Shown one piece after another: positions 11,231 through 19,785 of a stretch of 64,000 bases of DNA. The position numbers and the translations under genes are program-made. The notes below the pieces were generated by a model that was not told the DNA's origin, made no database searches, and was given only the letters and a program-made list of their open reading frames with translations. How positions within the stretch are numbered: the stretch's first letter is position 1; each line of letters starts with the position of its first letter. This DNA comes from an uncultured delta proteobacterium (GTDB lineage Bacteria > Desulfobacterota > Binatia > UBA9968): positions 480,001 to 544,000 of the forward strand of contig CAVUVW010000014.1 in assembly GCA_963745035.1 (NCBI GenBank), read 5' to 3'.

Positions 11231-11632
11231 ATGTTCCGCCGTTTGCTCAGCGCCCAAGGGCAAAGCCGCTCAGCCAAAACCGTTGAGGTTTTCGGCTGGC
11301 TCATTCTGATCGAAGGAACCCTGGTACTGTTCGCGCCGCATTTCTCGGCATCGTTGATCCGCATACCTCCGCTCACCGAGCAGGCCACGAATTATTTCCG
11401 ACTTGTCGGGTTACTGGTAAGCGGCCTCGGTATGCTCTATATCGCCAGCGGCCGCTTGAACGCCGAAGGATTTGTTTTCGCTTCCCTGCTCGACCGCCCG
11501 CTCGTGCCCATCACAATGGCGATTCTTTGGTATCATGGAATCATTCCTGGACCGCTGGCGTTGATTTTTTCGATCCAAGACTTCGGCAGCTTTCTTTGGA
11601 CGTTGTTCGCCTGGCGCGCCGAATTCAAGTAA
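11231..11632 (+). CDS. Hypothetical membrane protein (4 TM)
   Basis: Hydrophobic segments; coherent ORF. Confidence 0.65.
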   Translation: MFRRLLSAQGQSRSAKTVEVFGWLILIEGTLVLFAPHFSASLIRIPPLTEQATNYFRLVGLLVSGLGMLYIASGRLNAEGFVFASLLDRPLVPITMAILWYHGIIPGPLALIFSIQDFGSFLWTLFAWRAEFK

Positions 11633-11660
11633 AGCTGAAACAAGTTAAACGAGCGATGAC

Positions 11661-12347
11661 TTGAGGCCAAACAATTTGACCGTGGCGGGATCCATACGAA
11701 AACGCATAGCAGCCCTTTTAGATCCAGACAAAGTTAGACTCTATCTGTTCCGGGGAGCGGATAAGAAAACTATATTTAACATTGTAGTGGGAACGGTTGC
11801 GTACAAAGCGGATCATCAGACAATTATCTTTGACAGAGTGGAAAAGGCTCTCCGTCTGATTCAATCATATGACGCCAAAAGATTCGCGCAGATACAGCGA
11901 TATATAAAGACTATTTTGATATTTGGCGACCCGACTGCTCGCGGTTATTGGCATCAGGATCTCCAAATGTGCGAATTGCAGGAAGATTTCGTCCGCGCAG
12001 AAGACACGTCCAGCGCAAAAATCGCCTCCGTCATCGTTCACGAGATGACTCATGCCCGATTAATGCGTCTCGGGTTCGGATACGAGGAGCCCAAACGTCT
12101 CCGCATTGAACACATCTGCTTCGGTGCACAGCAAGCCTTTGCTCGCCGGCTACCCGATGGCGAAGAACTTGTAAAGGAAGTAGAAGAAACACAAGCGTAC
12201 TACGGGGAGGCTCACTTCAGTGATGCTGGACGATGTGAAGCAGACCTAGAAGGCCTGCGTGTGCTTGGTGTCCCAAAATGGATCATATGGCTGCTGACGA
12301 AGCTTGTTTCGCATAGAACCAGGACTAATCCGAATCAAGATAATTAA
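11661..12347 (+). CDS. Hypothetical protein with HExxH zincin motif
   Basis: IVHEMTHARL and downstream E (RIEHIC); visibly AT-richer DNA; start uncertain. Confidence 0.6.
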   Translation: MRPNNLTVAGSIRKRIAALLDPDKVRLYLFRGADKKTIFNIVVGTVAYKADHQTIIFDRVEKALRLIQSYDAKRFAQIQRYIKTILIFGDPTARGYWHQDLQMCELQEDFVRAEDTSSAKIASVIVHEMTHARLMRLGFGYEEPKRLRIEHICFGAQQAFARRLPDGEELVKEVEETQAYYGEAHFSDAGRCEADLEGLRVLGVPKWIIWLLTKLVSHRTRTNPNQDN

Positions 12348-12441
12348 CTATTGATCCACCGAACTCGGTTTCTGTAAGTCAATTTGCACGATGATGTCAC
12401 CGCGTTGACCCAGTTTTGAGGCGACTCAGCAGGAGGAGTTT

Positions 12442-13335
12442 ATGAGCAATCCAACCATCGGTTTCATCGGTCTCGGCATCATGGGAAAACCCATGGCGCG
12501 GAATCTTCTCAAGGCGGGCTACTCAGTCGTTGCTCACAACAGGAGCCGTGGCTCAGTTGACGAATTGAGCAAAGAAGGCGCGCAAAGCGCGACCAGCTCG
12601 AAAGAAGTCGCCGAGCGGAGCGAAGTCGTCATCACCATGCTGCCCGATTCCCCGGACGTGGAACTTGTCTACACCGGCGAACAGGGAGTTTTCTCGGGTC
12701 TGAAATCGGGACAACTTCTCATCGACATGTCGAGCATCTCCCCGGTCGTCGCGCGCAAGATCGCTGGCGAGGCCGAAAAGCGCGGCTGTGACATGCTCGA
12801 CGCGCCGGTGAGCGGCGGCGAAGCGGGAGCTATCGGCGCGACGCTCTCGATCATGATCGGCGGTAAAGCGTCTGGCGTCGAAAGGGCGATGCCGATCTTC
12901 CACGCGCTCGGCAAGAATATTGTCCACGTCGGCGACGCCGGCGCGGGCCAGGTGACGAAGGCGGCCAATCAGATGGTCGTCGGCACAACCATCGCCATCG
13001 TCGGCGAAGCCCTCGTACTCGCCGCCAAAGCCGGCGTCGATCCGGCGAAAGTCCGCCAAGCTCTCCTCGGCGGCTTTGCGCAATCGAAAATTCTCGAAGC
13101 CCACGGGCAGAAAATGCTGGATCGAAATTTCAAGCCGGGCTTCCGTATTCGCCTGCACGAAAAGGACATGAAGATCGCGCTGGCGACCGGATCCGAATAC
13201 GGCGTGCCGCTGATGGTTACCGGCGTCGTCGGTCAGATAATGACCGCGATGAAGGGCATGGGCAACGGCGATTTGGATCACTCGGGACTGGTGAAGTTCG
13301 TGGAAGAATTGGCAAAAAAGCAGAGCAGTGATTAG
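12442..13335 (+). CDS. garR: 2-hydroxy-3-oxopropionate (tartronate semialdehyde) reductase
   Basis: IGFIGLGIMGKPMA, DAPVSGG, KAANQM, FKPGFRIRLHEKD; SD AGGAGG. Confidence 0.85.
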   Translation: MSNPTIGFIGLGIMGKPMARNLLKAGYSVVAHNRSRGSVDELSKEGAQSATSSKEVAERSEVVITMLPDSPDVELVYTGEQGVFSGLKSGQLLIDMSSISPVVARKIAGEAEKRGCDMLDAPVSGGEAGAIGATLSIMIGGKASGVERAMPIFHALGKNIVHVGDAGAGQVTKAANQMVVGTTIAIVGEALVLAAKAGVDPAKVRQALLGGFAQSKILEAHGQKMLDRNFKPGFRIRLHEKDMKIALATGSEYGVPLMVTGVVGQIMTAMKGMGNGDLDHSGLVKFVEELAKKQSSD

Positions 13336-13766
13336 TGAATTAGGGGCCTAGTGAGTTAGTGAAGACGCTTACTGAGCTGCTGAGAAATCATGCGGTTCAA
13401 CATTTTTAAAATTTCTTCCAACATGGCTCTCCGGCTCGCGAAAACGGCCAAATCGATCAGCTGCAAGTCTCGGCATTTTAGACACCAGTCCAGCGTTTCC
13501 GTCGTTGATCCTCGAGCGACGATCAAGTAGTGCGTGTACTCCTTTCCCGTTCTTCTGCCGAATCCTTCCGCAATATTCGCGCTGATCGAGCTCGCAGACC
13601 GCAACAACTGATTTGCTATCACGCGCGATGCGGTGTTTGGAGAAAAAGTATCGACGTCTTGAACAACGTCAAGAAAAAACTGATGAGCTTTTTGCCAGAC
13701 AATGAGATCTTCGAAACTCCGGATTTCCCCCACGAACTAGCTCACTTCCTCACTAACTCACTATTC
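13328..13766. repeat. Inverted octamer-repeat arrays bracketing the four-helix-bundle gene
   Basis: Left tagtgaat/taggggcc/tagtgagt/tagtgaag; right (revcomp) tagtgagt/tagtgagg/aagtgagc/tagttcgt; perfect 14-bp IR 13349-13362 vs 13750-13763. Confidence 0.75.
13356..13733 (-). CDS. Four helix bundle protein (23S rRNA IVP/Avd-like family)
   Basis: SFEDLIVWQKAH...QLLRSASSISANIAEGFGR...ARGSTTE. Confidence 0.9.
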   Translation of the reverse strand: MGEIRSFEDLIVWQKAHQFFLDVVQDVDTFSPNTASRVIANQLLRSASSISANIAEGFGRRTGKEYTHYLIVARGSTTETLDWCLKCRDLQLIDLAVFASRRAMLEEILKMLNRMISQQLSKRLH

Positions 13767-13767
13767 C

Positions 13768-14781
13768 CTACGGCTTCCACCCCGCCTTAGTAAGCTGCTG
13801 ATCGGCCTCAAGCGCGAAGCTGAAATCATAGGCTCTGCTATTAGGCAAGGTCTCGTTGGCGTTGATCACCTGGCGCACGATGTTGAGGTCATTGCGCTGG
13901 GTTTCGTCGTCGACGGCGCCATTGCGCGTAAAGGTGCCGATGAGATCATCATACAAGCGGGTTGCCTGTTGGCGCGACACACCGGAGAATTTCAGCAACG
14001 CCGAGACCGTGCCTTCCTTGTCCTGGCGCATGTAACGTAACGCCTTCAAGGTTCCGCGAACAAAACCGCCGACCATCTTCGGGTTCTCTTTGATCAGCTT
14101 GTCCGTGGTCGCGAGCGTTCCCCAGGAATTTTTCACTTCGTTGCCCATGAAGAACATTTCTTTCATGCCCTTTTCGAGAGCGATGTAGCGCTGCTCCACG
14201 CTCAGGATCGCGGCGTCGAAGCCGCCGCCGAGCAGCGCCGTGAGCTGATTACCCTGCCCGACGTCGAGATAGATCGGGTCCTTGTTTCCGTCGATGCCGT
14301 GTTTGCTCAGCACCTGCTTGATCATGAATGTAGCGATCGCGGCGACTCCCGTCGTCGCGATCTTTTTGCCTTTGAGATCCTTGGGGCTGGTGATATCAGG
14401 GCGGGTAACGAACCATTGCAGTACCCGGTCGTTGGTCGCAACCACAACCTTAAGCGGCGTATTGCCCCGCGCGATGCTCACCAACGCGCTCGAGCCGGCT
14501 CCGGTGAAATGCGCATCGCCGCCGAGCATCGCTTGAATGCTGGTCGTCGGCGCGATGTAGATCACCCGCTGGTCGATGCCCTCTTCTTTCATGTAGCCTT
14601 TTTGCTGCGCGATCGGATAGATCGCCATCTGAAAACTTTTGGAGGGAATCGCCATGTTGACGACCTGGGACGATTGGGCGTCGGCAAAGCTGCAGATAGC
14701 AAGTAACAAGCAGAGCGCCGACGCGCGACTGATTAACCCGATGACCATTCGATGCGCGTTTATCCCATGCGAGGTTTTCAT
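13768..14781 (-). CDS. ABC transporter substrate-binding protein (NMT1/SsuA-like)
   Basis: Signal peptide; KGYMKEEGID, DLKGKKIAT. Confidence 0.85.
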   Translation of the reverse strand: MKTSHGINAHRMVIGLISRASALCLLLAICSFADAQSSQVVNMAIPSKSFQMAIYPIAQQKGYMKEEGIDQRVIYIAPTTSIQAMLGGDAHFTGAGSSALVSIARGNTPLKVVVATNDRVLQWFVTRPDITSPKDLKGKKIATTGVAAIATFMIKQVLSKHGIDGNKDPIYLDVGQGNQLTALLGGGFDAAILSVEQRYIALEKGMKEMFFMGNEVKNSWGTLATTDKLIKENPKMVGGFVRGTLKALRYMRQDKEGTVSALLKFSGVSRQQATRLYDDLIGTFTRNGAVDDETQRNDLNIVRQVINANETLPNSRAYDFSFALEADQQLTKAGWKP

Positions 14782-14807
14782 GAGTGACTCTCCTAAACGG
14801 CGCTTCA

Positions 14808-14855
14808 CCCTCATCCTTCCCTCTCCCTCACGATGAGGGAGAGGGTTAAAGAGGG
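14808..14855. repeat. REP-like hairpin (CCCTCTCCC...GGGAGAGGG type)
   Basis: ccctctccctca-cga-tgagggagaggg (14819-14845). Confidence 0.65.
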
Positions 14856-14876
14856 ACGATGACGGTCGGGACTGCT

Positions 14877-15971
14877 TTAATTCAACGGATAGAGGAGCTT
14901 CGGATTGTCGAAGAAGATCTTGTCGGTGAGCGCGCGCGGGATGTCTTCCCTGGCCCGCATCGCGGCCACTAACTGGCGTTCCTCGGATGGATCCTGGTGA
15001 CCGTAGTCCGAGCCGATCAAGAGATGGTCTTCGCCGGTATAGCGCGCGATGTAGCTCACGTCCTCGTCGGCCTCGCAGGCGACAAAAATGCGATACTCTC
15101 GAAACATGTCCTGGTCAGATGAAAACTTCCATTTCTCCCGGAAGAGTCTTTTGAGAATATGCAGCATGAACGGCACCCAACCCGCCGACGCCTCGATGAA
15201 GCCGAACTTGAGCTTGGGAAACTGCTCGGGAATCTTGTTGGCGATCAGGTCGCGAAACGCGAACAAGGGCTGCACCCGGCTGTGGCCGAACGTGTGATTG
15301 CGCTCGACGTCGAACAAGCTCAAAAAGAGCGGGCAACCGGCGCCGGTATGAATCAAGATTGGCAGATCGGTGTCGCTCGCGGCCTGGTAGATCGGATTAA
15401 AGTAGGGGTTATCGAGGGTCCGCTGCCCCTCGATGCCGCGGAAGAAGACGCCCACCGCACCGTTGTCTTTGCCCCATTTGATCTCTTTCACCGATTCTTC
15501 AACGGAATGAAGCGGCGGCACGACCACCCAACTCATGCGCCCGCCTGACTTCGCGCAGGCCTGGGCGAGAAACCGGTTGTAGGCCCGCGCCATCGCCACA
15601 TCGAGTGCCACGTCGTCGGTGACATAAATGAGAAACAAGGTTGGAAAAACCACCTGCTTATCGACCCCGAGCTTATCCATGTCTCTCAAGCGGCCTGGGA
15701 TATCGGTCATTTCTCTGTAAGGCAGATGAATGTCGCCGCGCGAGGTTTCCAGCTTCGACGCAGACGGGGTGATCAGGCGAAAACTGCCTTTGCCGTTGGG
15801 CTTAGGAAAGATGTTGCCGTCAATCAGCCAAAACGCGTTGCGCGCGCCGTAAAGCGTGTCTTCCGGAGCTTTGAGCAACACGGGACGGCGGTGATACATG
15901 TCCTTGTCCATCATCGCCCACATCGCCTCGCCTTCCGAAATATGTGTATCGGCGTCGATTATGCCAAGCAT
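14877..15971 (-). CDS. Amidohydrolase family protein (amidohydro_2)
   Basis: IIDADTH, ILIHTG, FIEASAGW, GSDYGHQD; SD AGGAGG. Confidence 0.85.
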   Translation of the reverse strand: MLGIIDADTHISEGEAMWAMMDKDMYHRRPVLLKAPEDTLYGARNAFWLIDGNIFPKPNGKGSFRLITPSASKLETSRGDIHLPYREMTDIPGRLRDMDKLGVDKQVVFPTLFLIYVTDDVALDVAMARAYNRFLAQACAKSGGRMSWVVVPPLHSVEESVKEIKWGKDNGAVGVFFRGIEGQRTLDNPYFNPIYQAASDTDLPILIHTGAGCPLFLSLFDVERNHTFGHSRVQPLFAFRDLIANKIPEQFPKLKFGFIEASAGWVPFMLHILKRLFREKWKFSSDQDMFREYRIFVACEADEDVSYIARYTGEDHLLIGSDYGHQDPSEERQLVAAMRAREDIPRALTDKIFFDNPKLLYPLN

Positions 15972-16052
15972 AGAAATCCTCCTTTGATCTGCTTCTTCCA
16001 GCAGCTATAGCAAAATCACCCCGCCCTGCGGAAGACTCCCTTTAAGACAAAG

Positions 16053-16952
16053 TCACCCTGTCAGCGCTCCGGCGGCAATCCACTCGGAGGCGACCTGACG
16101 GGCGTTCGCCGACTGTTCCGGCGCGACCTGCGACAGAAGCCTCTCGAAGAGTCGGTAATCCACCTTGAGGCCTTCGTTCATGCAAGTCACGTAATCATCC
16201 AGAGTTTTTTCCGCGAGTGCTTGTGAATGGCCGAATTGCTTGGTCAAAATCCGCAGCGCCTCGGCGCGATGAGATTTGAAGTGTCGGATTCCTTCACTGT
16301 GCGCCACCAGGAAAGCAGCAAAGTCCCTTTCTCGATCGTGAAAAAGGCTGACCGTGGTTTCAATCGTAATCGGCAGAGGATCGTCAACCACATCGGGCCA
16401 TTCGGCAATGCGTTTGAAGCCCTTTTCCTCGGCAATGAAGCCGAAGGGGCGCGGCACAAGCGCTCCCTGCGCCTTCCCGCTGACCAGTGAGTCAAAAGCA
16501 TCTTGATCGCCATTGACGAGTTGCAACTGCAGATCGGTTCCCACCCACAGTTGCGCCTTTTCGTCGAATGTTTCGGCGATCGGCGCGTTGCGCGAAGGTC
16601 CTTCGCGGCACACGACAGTTTTACCTCGAAGGTCCGCCAATCGGCTGATCGACGGTGACGCGATCAAATAGTAGGGGCAGCTATTCATCGCCGCGCCCAA
16701 AATGCGCGTCGTTTTTGAGGTGAGAAAGTGTTGCAGCGATGCCCGGCCCACCAGCAACGAAAGTTGTGCCGACCCGTTCTCGAGCCTTCGATAACGTTCC
16801 TCCGTGCCTTGAACATGCTGCCAGGATACCTCCAGGCCATGCTTGCGAAAGATTCCCGCTTCAATCGACAGATAGCCGGTCGGATCGCGCGCAAAGTCGC
16901 GTCCGGCGCCTTCAAGGTGGCCGTACATTACAGTGAGATTAGCCGCGCTCAT
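16053..16952 (-). CDS. NMT1/SsuA-like substrate-binding-fold protein lacking an obvious signal peptide
   Basis: GIFRKHGLEVSW, DLRGKTVV, AEEKGFKRI. Confidence 0.7.
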   Translation of the reverse strand: MSAANLTVMYGHLEGAGRDFARDPTGYLSIEAGIFRKHGLEVSWQHVQGTEERYRRLENGSAQLSLLVGRASLQHFLTSKTTRILGAAMNSCPYYLIASPSISRLADLRGKTVVCREGPSRNAPIAETFDEKAQLWVGTDLQLQLVNGDQDAFDSLVSGKAQGALVPRPFGFIAEEKGFKRIAEWPDVVDDPLPITIETTVSLFHDRERDFAAFLVAHSEGIRHFKSHRAEALRILTKQFGHSQALAEKTLDDYVTCMNEGLKVDYRLFERLLSQVAPEQSANARQVASEWIAAGALTG

Positions 16953-17048
16953 TTCTATTCTCCTTTTCGTGCGAATCGTCGATGCATTCCTATATTACGG
17001 CCCATCACGGCTGACAATGACCAATCAGTCAGGTGCGACGAACCAATC

Positions 17049-17078
17049 TTGACAGCCGTGTTCCCCCAGGAATAGAGT
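17049..17078 (+). promoter_or_regulatory. sigma70-like promoter of cupin gene
   Basis: TTGACA-18-TAGAGT. Confidence 0.5.
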
Positions 17079-17127
17079 TCGGTAAAGCGCGATCATATTA
17101 TCGCTATCAAACTTAAAGGAGGTCATC

Positions 17128-17553
17128 ATGCAGCTATTGGATGTTTTGGAGAAGTCCAAAGAACGCAAAAAAGGCCAGCGCCGTATCGATCTGTTTCGGC
17201 GCGAGAACCTCGAGACCTGGATTCTCATTTTCCCTCCCGGCGACGTGCAGAGAATGCACAATCATCCGTCGGACCGCACCTACTATGTCCTCACGGGGAA
17301 GGGCATTATGAAGGGCCTCAACGAAACTCACGAGGTTTCAGCCGGCCAGATTATCAGCATCCCGGCTCACGAGTTCTACGAGGGTTCGAATCCGCACGAT
17401 GAGCCGATGATCTTGTTGGGCAACAGCCACAAGGCCACAGCTGAAGACGTTGTCAAGGCCGGCGGCCAGCGCAACGAGATCGACGAGAAGACCGGCAAAC
17501 GCATCATCTACCAGCACGGCGGCGGCCAGGACATGGGAGTGCTCGCGGACTGA
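17128..17553 (+). CDS. Cupin domain protein
   Basis: MHNHPSDRTYYVLTGKG...AGQIISIPAH; SD AAGGAGG. Confidence 0.8.
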   Translation: MQLLDVLEKSKERKKGQRRIDLFRRENLETWILIFPPGDVQRMHNHPSDRTYYVLTGKGIMKGLNETHEVSAGQIISIPAHEFYEGSNPHDEPMILLGNSHKATAEDVVKAGGQRNEIDEKTGKRIIYQHGGGQDMGVLAD

Positions 17554-17606
17554 ACTTGACTTATTGATCGTTCAAATCATCCTACCGCTAGATACGATAA
17601 AAAGCC

Positions 17607-17667
17607 GAAGATGGAGGATCGAGGATAGAAGATCGACGATCCTCCATCTTCGATCCTCGATTCTCGA
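17607..17667. repeat. Heptamer-repeat hairpin between convergent genes
   Basis: gaagatg/gaggatc/gaggata/gaagatc ... gatcctc/catcttc/gatcctc/gattctc; perfect 15-bp IR 17607-17621 vs 17637-17651. Confidence 0.75.
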
Positions 17668-17682
17668 CCAGTCTGAGTCAGA

Positions 17683-18792
17683 TCACTGGTTCAAGTTTTG
17701 ACCGAGTCGGGTGTGAATGCGCCGGACGCGCTCCAGTTGCCCCTTCGCCGCGAAACGTTCGTAGAAACCTTCGGCGCGAAAATCGCGCGTCAACTCAGTC
17801 CAGGAGCCGATAACGTTCGTAAAAACTTTGGGGGAACGGTCGCTGTCCCAGGCCTGGACGATCTTACGATTACGAATAAGATCGCCGAACACTCGAAACA
17901 ACGCCTTCAGGGTGACGTCCCGGGTGAACGTAAATTTCTCGTTGTCGCCCCAGACGGCGTCCATGACGTCTCGCACCGCTTTCAAGTAATCGCGCAGGAG
18001 CGCGTAGGCGCGGTCCGCGCGCATCCCGAACTGGTCTTCGAAGAAACGGCGGTCCCGCTGCACGACTTTGAAGATCTCGTTGAACACTTCCGACTGTAAA
18101 ATCCATTTCTCCTGCCGGCTTCGCCCGCCCAGGCGATTGATGCGGTAGCGCAGCGGCGAGTCGGACTCTTCGTAGAGCAGGTTTACCAGTTTGGCGGCGA
18201 ACTTCTTTTCCGGTGTCTCCCAGGAAACCCGTTCATAGAGATCCACCAAGTGGGATTTATTAATCCGGGTGTGAGTCGAATTGATGATCACGAACATCTC
18301 GGTGGCGAAGTCGGCGCTCTTGCCGTCGAACAGCACACACGGAACTTCGATGCGGTCGATCTGTTCGGCATGCTTCTGGTGAAAAAAATGCAGCGCCGCG
18401 AGACGGTGCTGGCCGTCGATGATCAGGTAACGACCGTCCGGCTCGCTCAGGAAGCCGACGCTCTCCGATGAGTCCGAGCGCCGGAAGCGCAGCGTCTCGT
18501 CGGTAAAGAGCAGGATCGTGCCCGGGATCAGCGGCTGGCTGACCGCGGTCTCGTAGAAATTGACGATCTGGCGGATCTTGCGCCGGTTGAGCAAGCGTTG
18601 AAAGGATTTTTCACTCTTCTCAATGCCGGCGATAAACCTGGCGACTTCATCGTCGCCTGGTTCGTCAGGCTCGATCTGCTCGCCTTCAAAGTAATAGCGG
18701 CTCGAAAAGCTCACTCGGTCGAGCAGCTCCGCCGCCTTGTAGGCGATAAAGTAAAACGTGCCTTCCTTCTGCAGCACCCTTGTTGCCAACAT
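17683..18792 (-). CDS. DGQHR domain protein (DndB/DpdB-like)
   Basis: FQR motif, PGTILL, YLIIDGQHRLAAL, FVIINST; SD GAGGAGG. Confidence 0.85.
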   Translation of the reverse strand: MLATRVLQKEGTFYFIAYKAAELLDRVSFSSRYYFEGEQIEPDEPGDDEVARFIAGIEKSEKSFQRLLNRRKIRQIVNFYETAVSQPLIPGTILLFTDETLRFRRSDSSESVGFLSEPDGRYLIIDGQHRLAALHFFHQKHAEQIDRIEVPCVLFDGKSADFATEMFVIINSTHTRINKSHLVDLYERVSWETPEKKFAAKLVNLLYEESDSPLRYRINRLGGRSRQEKWILQSEVFNEIFKVVQRDRRFFEDQFGMRADRAYALLRDYLKAVRDVMDAVWGDNEKFTFTRDVTLKALFRVFGDLIRNRKIVQAWDSDRSPKVFTNVIGSWTELTRDFRAEGFYERFAAKGQLERVRRIHTRLGQNLNQ

Positions 18793-18892
18793 GAATCGTT
18801 CCTCCTCAATCAGCTACAGTTTGCCCGGGATGATTTTCGTCATCGTAAGGCGCATGCCACCAAACAGCATCGAGATCTCCCAAGCTCTCGTC

Positions 18893-19606
18893 TCACGGTT
18901 CGCCTTGCGCACCGCCCTTCCGACCATAGCCGGCCTGCAAAGTACGGCTCTTCACGAAGCCGGCAAGCTGATCGTCATCGCGAAACTTGGCCATATCGTA
19001 GGTTTCACGATGGGTAATCTCATCCAGTGATCGGCGTGGCGGCGGCGCCACCGGACCTTTGGCGTAGCCGATAGGCACTACGTGATAAATTCTGAGCGGC
19101 TCGGGGATCTTGAGCAGAACTTTGAGCATAGTTTCCATGTAAGGCGAGTTTGCGTCGCTGACGTACTGCGACGCAAGACCGAGCGCAGTCGCCGCCAGGT
19201 GTATGAGCAAAGTCGCATTCGCCAACCCGGTAACGAAGTGTGATTCCGCTTTTTCCAGCTGCGTGCGGATAGGATAAGAGAGTCTTACTCTCGGATCGCC
19301 CAGAATCACGATATGCACCGGCGCCCGGCGAAAACCGTCGCCGGTCATCTTGGCCGTGCCGCGCACGGCGAGATCCATTTCGCGCTTCTGCTCCATTTGT
19401 TTCAGGTAAATATCGGCAATTCGATGGCGCGTCGCCTGCTCGCGCACCACGACGAACTCCCAGGGCTGGCCGTTGCCACCGGACGGCGCCCAGCGGGCAC
19501 AGTCGAGAATCGACCACACCAGCTCATCCGACACGTCCCGCGCTTCGTCGTAGCCTCGGATGCTGCGCCGCCGCTCCACCAGGGTCTGCAAGTCGTGGAT
19601 ATCCAT
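18893..19606 (-). CDS. Nitroreductase family protein
   Basis: RRRSIRGY, ARWAPSGGNGQPWEFVVV, LAATALGLAS, VPIGY. Confidence 0.85.
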   Translation of the reverse strand: MDIHDLQTLVERRRSIRGYDEARDVSDELVWSILDCARWAPSGGNGQPWEFVVVREQATRHRIADIYLKQMEQKREMDLAVRGTAKMTGDGFRRAPVHIVILGDPRVRLSYPIRTQLEKAESHFVTGLANATLLIHLAATALGLASQYVSDANSPYMETMLKVLLKIPEPLRIYHVVPIGYAKGPVAPPPRRSLDEITHRETYDMAKFRDDDQLAGFVKSRTLQAGYGRKGGAQGEP

Positions 19607-19785
19607 TCGGTACTCCCTCGGTTGCCGCATCAACGTATTCCCAGAAACGCCATGCGCCGTCAATCTCCAGGTCATCCGATTGAGCGCGACGAAAACGTGA
19701 ACCGAGGCGCGCTGGTAGGAAACTTTCCGTCTTTAGCTTTTCCCCGAAGTTATGGTATCCTTCCACTTACATTTAGTGCATTTAG

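Noticed and set aside
13356-13733. Diversity-generating retroelement suggested by Avd-like protein
   Set aside because: No reverse transcriptase and no TR/VR pair with adenine-specific mismatches seen.
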